DNA from: Alloascoidea hylecoeti
Taxonomy: Eukaryota
Assembly: GCA_001600815.1 (NCBI GenBank)
Contig: BCKZ01000004.1
Location: forward strand, 248,001 to 312,000
DNA: 64,000 nucleotides
Direction: 5' to 3'
The notes under the pieces were generated by a model, which had not been told where the DNA came from, made no database searches, and worked only from the letters and a program-made list of their open reading frames with translations. The first letter of the stretch is position 1, and each line of letters begins with the position of its first letter. The position numbers and the translations under genes are program-made. Positions 60,217-64,000 of the stretch are shown piece after piece.

Positions 60217-62142
60217 TTATTGTGAAATGGCAAGAGCTTCAACTTCATTAACAATGTCATCATGAGATGGTTCAGTTTCAACAGTGGTTGTGGTTGTATT
60301 TATAGTTGTTTGTTCCGATTTGTATTTAGAAGAATTAGTTGTTATATCATGATCATCACCTGTAATAGTAATATTATTAGTAGGACTATGGGCTTGATCA
60401 TGATTAGCAGGATGATTTTTATTTCTACTCCAATTTCCTTTATAATATTTTTTACCTCTATAACCAGACTTAGAGGAATTATTTGAGCCTTGAATTCCAG
60501 GGATGGGATATTGAAACATATCACCAGTATGTTGATGACCCGGATTAGCACCGGATACCATACCAAACTGCATCAGAGGAACAGGTGATATCGGCGAAAT
60601 TGGCCCCATTGGACCCATTGACATTTGAGGAGATCCAACTGGAATATTAATTGGTACTAAGGAATGTGGGTTACCTTGTGATTGTCCTTGATTTGATGGA
60701 GATGATAATCCATTAGATACTGGTGGATAAGGATACATAATCCCTTGGGTCATTGAGGAGGTTGATGTTGGATATTGGAAAAAGGTCGGTAATACAGAAT
60801 CAACTTGATACAACATTTGAGTTGGATACATTCCAGGAGATTGAATCATTTGTACATTTGGAGGAGGATGGTTCATAACGTCATTAATATTTGATTTACC
60901 GTGACCAGTACTTACACCTGAAATTGAATGTGGTCTTGGTTGACCAAATTTAGGTCCAGAATGTCCTGGAGGTCCTGGTGATGCTGCAAATGGACTTTGC
61001 CCTCGCGGACTTATATATCCAGAAGGCATATTACTTGGTTGAGAATCCGGAGAACCAACAAGAAAATGATGACCCATTGGGGGAGATCCAAAACCTTGCA
61101 TTGGATTAGGTCCCATTGATTGGGGTGAAGGAATAAGAGCAATTGGGGAATTGGGATAACTAGTGTTTGCTGCATAAAATGGGGGACTCATCATCATTGG
61201 TTGATTTTGTTGATTTACTGAAAGTGGACTAAATGAGCGAGGAGGAATATAATAACCAGATGAAGATAAATTTGTATCAATACCATTTAAATTGTTCATT
61301 TTAGGGTGCTGTCGTTTTATATTGTTTCGTTTGGTTGCATTTCGCAAGCTACTCGGAGGATCAGCGATAGTACTAGTTATAGATGTTCCTTCAGAATTAT
61401 TTGAGGTGTCTTCATGGTCAGGTTTTGATTCATTTGTAGTATTAGAATCAGCAATACTAGTAGATCTAACTGGAGGGCCACTAATACTATGTCTAGCTTT
61501 AACATTAGATGTGGAAGAAGGTTTTGTAAAAGATGTATTATTTTTCTTCATGACTCTAAATTGAGGATTAATGCTTAGAATAGTACCACCAGCATTAAGA
61601 CCACCATTAAACATAACGTCAGCGAAATCTTCTTTTGGAACCAATTTACTTAAACCCTGGATTCGTTTCACATTTGAAGGCTTGGTTTTTGAAGTTTTGA
61701 AAAGTATAACAGTAGCGCCATTTGGACTAACAATGTGACCTAACTGATAATAATCTGAGACCTGGTGAGATAGTAGTCTATAATAAGAGTTCATAGGCTT
61801 GAGTTCTATAGAGTCATGAGTTGAGTCGAGAAAACAAGTGATGTCATGCTCAAGACGGAGTGCAAACATTCTGTCTCGAGAGTTAACTAGTGCGGAATGT
61901 AATGATGCAGGCAACATATCGGTACTAGCCTGTTGGTCTTTAGGACTATTTGAAGGAGCATTAGTAGGTGCGACCGAGGGAGGTGAGGATATATGTTCCG
62001 GGGAAGTAGTTGGAGAGGGTAATATGGGCGTACATGTTGTAGACGTTTGCTCGGAGACATTAGAAATGTCGGTGATCTCATTTGCAGGAAGAGCATGCGA
62101 AGCATTCTTCACCAATGGAGAATGCACGGGAAGAGTTGACAT
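60217..62142 (-). CDS. RBS1: R3H-domain RNA-binding protein (Rbs1-like) with low-complexity P/Q/M/S C-terminus
   Basis: AL..SRDRMFALRLE..I..F....PMNSYYRLLSHQVSDYYQLGH R3H signature, followed by FRVMKK and a prion-like tail. Confidence 0.8.
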   Translation of the reverse strand: MSTLPVHSPLVKNASHALPANEITDISNVSEQTSTTCTPILPSPTTSPEHISSPPSVAPTNAPSNSPKDQQASTDMLPASLHSALVNSRDRMFALRLEHDITCFLDSTHDSIELKPMNSYYRLLSHQVSDYYQLGHIVSPNGATVILFKTSKTKPSNVKRIQGLSKLVPKEDFADVMFNGGLNAGGTILSINPQFRVMKKNNTSFTKPSSTSNVKARHSISGPPVRSTSIADSNTTNESKPDHEDTSNNSEGTSITSTIADPPSSLRNATKRNNIKRQHPKMNNLNGIDTNLSSSGYYIPPRSFSPLSVNQQNQPMMMSPPFYAANTSYPNSPIALIPSPQSMGPNPMQGFGSPPMGHHFLVGSPDSQPSNMPSGYISPRGQSPFAASPGPPGHSGPKFGQPRPHSISGVSTGHGKSNINDVMNHPPPNVQMIQSPGMYPTQMLYQVDSVLPTFFQYPTSTSSMTQGIMYPYPPVSNGLSSPSNQGQSQGNPHSLVPINIPVGSPQMSMGPMGPISPISPVPLMQFGMVSGANPGHQHTGDMFQYPIPGIQGSNNSSKSGYRGKKYYKGNWSRNKNHPANHDQAHSPTNNITITGDDHDITTNSSKYKSEQTTINTTTTTVETEPSHDDIVNEVEALAISQ

Positions 62143-62665
62143 TATAAGACACAGCGAGACGAACGAGGTCTATGGGAACAGAGAAAGAGTCTGGTGAAGT
62201 GATTGTTTTGTGAAGAGGAAGGAAAGAAAGGAGGAGAAAAGTAAAAGCAGTCTAGAGTACCAGTGGTATTTTGACTTGGATCTTGCAATTGCAAATTCTC
62301 GTTACTAGTGATATGTATCTAATATGCAGACACAGGTTTTTTTGAGTCGCTCAACGACTTTGAAAAGAACCTAACCATATTTTATTATCATTATTTATTT
62401 ATGATTTTTATCATGTGCTCTGGTATCGCGAGGATTGTTAACGTTACAGTTGACTGTCGTAGTATTCTCGTTAGAAGTATGAGACAAATGTCGTCCATTC
62501 CAATGCATTAATATTAGTACCGGAGTGAGTCCGACTAAAATTAGCTTGAACCTCGAGGTTTCTCATCCCAAAACTCCCCCAATCCTATTACACTTGGATG
62601 AACCCGTAGAGGTCACCCATAACTGAGGGATCTACCGTCCAGTCGGTCATTCCCTTGCGTCACAT

Positions 62666-62690
62666 ATCCGGGTAGCCACATCCGGGTAGC
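62666..62690 (+). promoter_or_regulatory. Tandem ATCCGGGTAGC direct repeat (Reb1-like sites) upstream of the R3H gene
   Basis: Two identical 11-mers at 62666 and 62680. Confidence 0.4.
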
Positions 62691-62693
62691 GTT

Positions 62694-63240
62694 GTGCTGT
62701 GTAAGATATGTGGATCAGACACCCACGTGCACCATATCTATAGATCCAAGATTATTGAAAATGAAGGCCATTCAGGATTCAATTTGTTACAGATAAGGAA
62801 ACTACAATCATTTATTTACGACTATGCTACTAAAGTACTCGATCCCAGAAACAATTATCCTATCAAAAAGATATCCCTTCCAATAAAATATTTTATCGAT
62901 GATTACCCAAATTGAAAAATTCAAATACTGTACTTTCTAGATTATTTCCTCAAAACATTGTTATTTGGTGTATGTATCGCTTTAGAGAAATTAACATAAT
63001 CCAGTATGGAGAAATCGCCTTGCTTATTACTGAACTGTATGTTGCGATGCCTCAAGCTGCTGGCAAGCTGCTGACTAGAAATCTAAATCTTACATCTAAA
63101 ATTATGTTAGGAACATTCACTTGAAATTCTATAATTCGAAGCATCAGAAATTGAAGCATGTCAATTGAATCATTGGAAAATTATGTGTCTTTGGTTGGTA
63201 ATGATATAAGATTTTTTAGATGAGTCCCTTGCAAAATAAC
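62694..63240 (+). pseudogene. Possible frameshifted coding relic
   Basis: Two abutting ORFs (62694-62915, 62912-63124) without ATG starts, joined by a frameshift, with further protein-like fragments downstream. Confidence 0.25.
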
Positions 63241-64000
63241 AAGAAAGTAATTCTATTTGATTATAACTCAATTCCATAATTGCAAATCAGCCTAGTTTAC
63301 ATTGAGTAATTGAAAAGAAACAACCTCAAGCTCCTCAATAATAACAAAATGAATTTGAAAGAAGATTGCCTTCCGCAGAAGGAATGATAAAAGTTTATAA
63401 TTTCCTATGCATCTTTTGACAACGGCTGTACGCTCGACCTTTACAATACCAAAAGTTATTGATAGATTGAAAAATGATCCAATCTAACTTATTGGCTTTC
63501 TGTGCCTTCTATTATATGAATTAGATGCAGTTAATATTAATAAAATGATATTAACCAACATAACGTAGGGTTTGTATGATTTGATAGATTGAGCGTACAT
63601 ACAACTTAAATGGAGAGGGATTTATGTTCTATTAAAAGAGTTTATTTTTCCTAAAATTAAGTAAAAATATTTTTTCTAAACAGTGGAGTTTCTAACTACA
63701 TGTAATACATAACTATTTATATGTCTACGAGAATGTTGTTGTTATGTGCCATCATCAATACAAGGTTACGAATATTAACAAAATAATCATCTTTATGTTC
63801 AAGTTCTCCTCCCTCTATTTTTACCCATTAAAAGCAATTTCAATTGACTTTATATTTTTATAGGTAAGTAGCCTTATATCCATCAGTTCCATTAAATTCT
63901 CCACTATTGTTTATAATATAAACGTGATAAATCTCAAGACAGGTTAAGTATAAGATGCCATTCTTTCAGCATAAGTATTTCTCATGATCAAGACTCTTTT

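Noticed and set aside
63843..63869. TTGAC-polyT-TAG|GTAAGT resembling a recursive splice site
   Set aside because: No host gene is visible in the window; it may simply be a 5'UTR intron donor of a gene beyond the edge.

Overview
AT-rich fungal nuclear DNA, most consistent with an intron-rich, early-diverging budding yeast (Saccharomycotina). The species cannot be determined from the sequence, and CTG appears to encode Leu. I reconstructed about 23 protein-coding genes by hand, with 20 spliceosomal introns. Four genes are missed or only fragmentarily hit by the ORF track: a secreted-protein ORF running off the left edge, a 4-exon complex I subunit (NDUFB4/NB5M-like), a 5-exon TVP15 with a 7-nt microexon, and RPL41 with a 5'UTR intron. 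Housekeeping genes include VMA2, ATG14-like, OPY1-like, YND1, a FUN19-like SWIRM gene, UBC11, LYS20/21, SRF1, OHCU decarboxylase, RDI1 and RBS1-like. The most interesting signals are: (1) a candidate catabolic cluster of a DUR3-family transporter, an intron-containing NtaA/DszA-type monooxygenase, a divergent MDR reductase and an MCH-type MFS transporter; (2) a strongly over-represented intergenic (CAATTG)n/TTGCAATTG motif; (3) a 7.5 kb gene-free gap between two convergent gene ends (centromere candidate); (4) a degenerate array with ~23-bp periodicity at 39.5-39.7 kb; and (5) several decayed coding or transposon relics. No tRNA, rRNA, CRISPR array or intact transposon was recognised. Family assignments come from motif recognition, not database searches.
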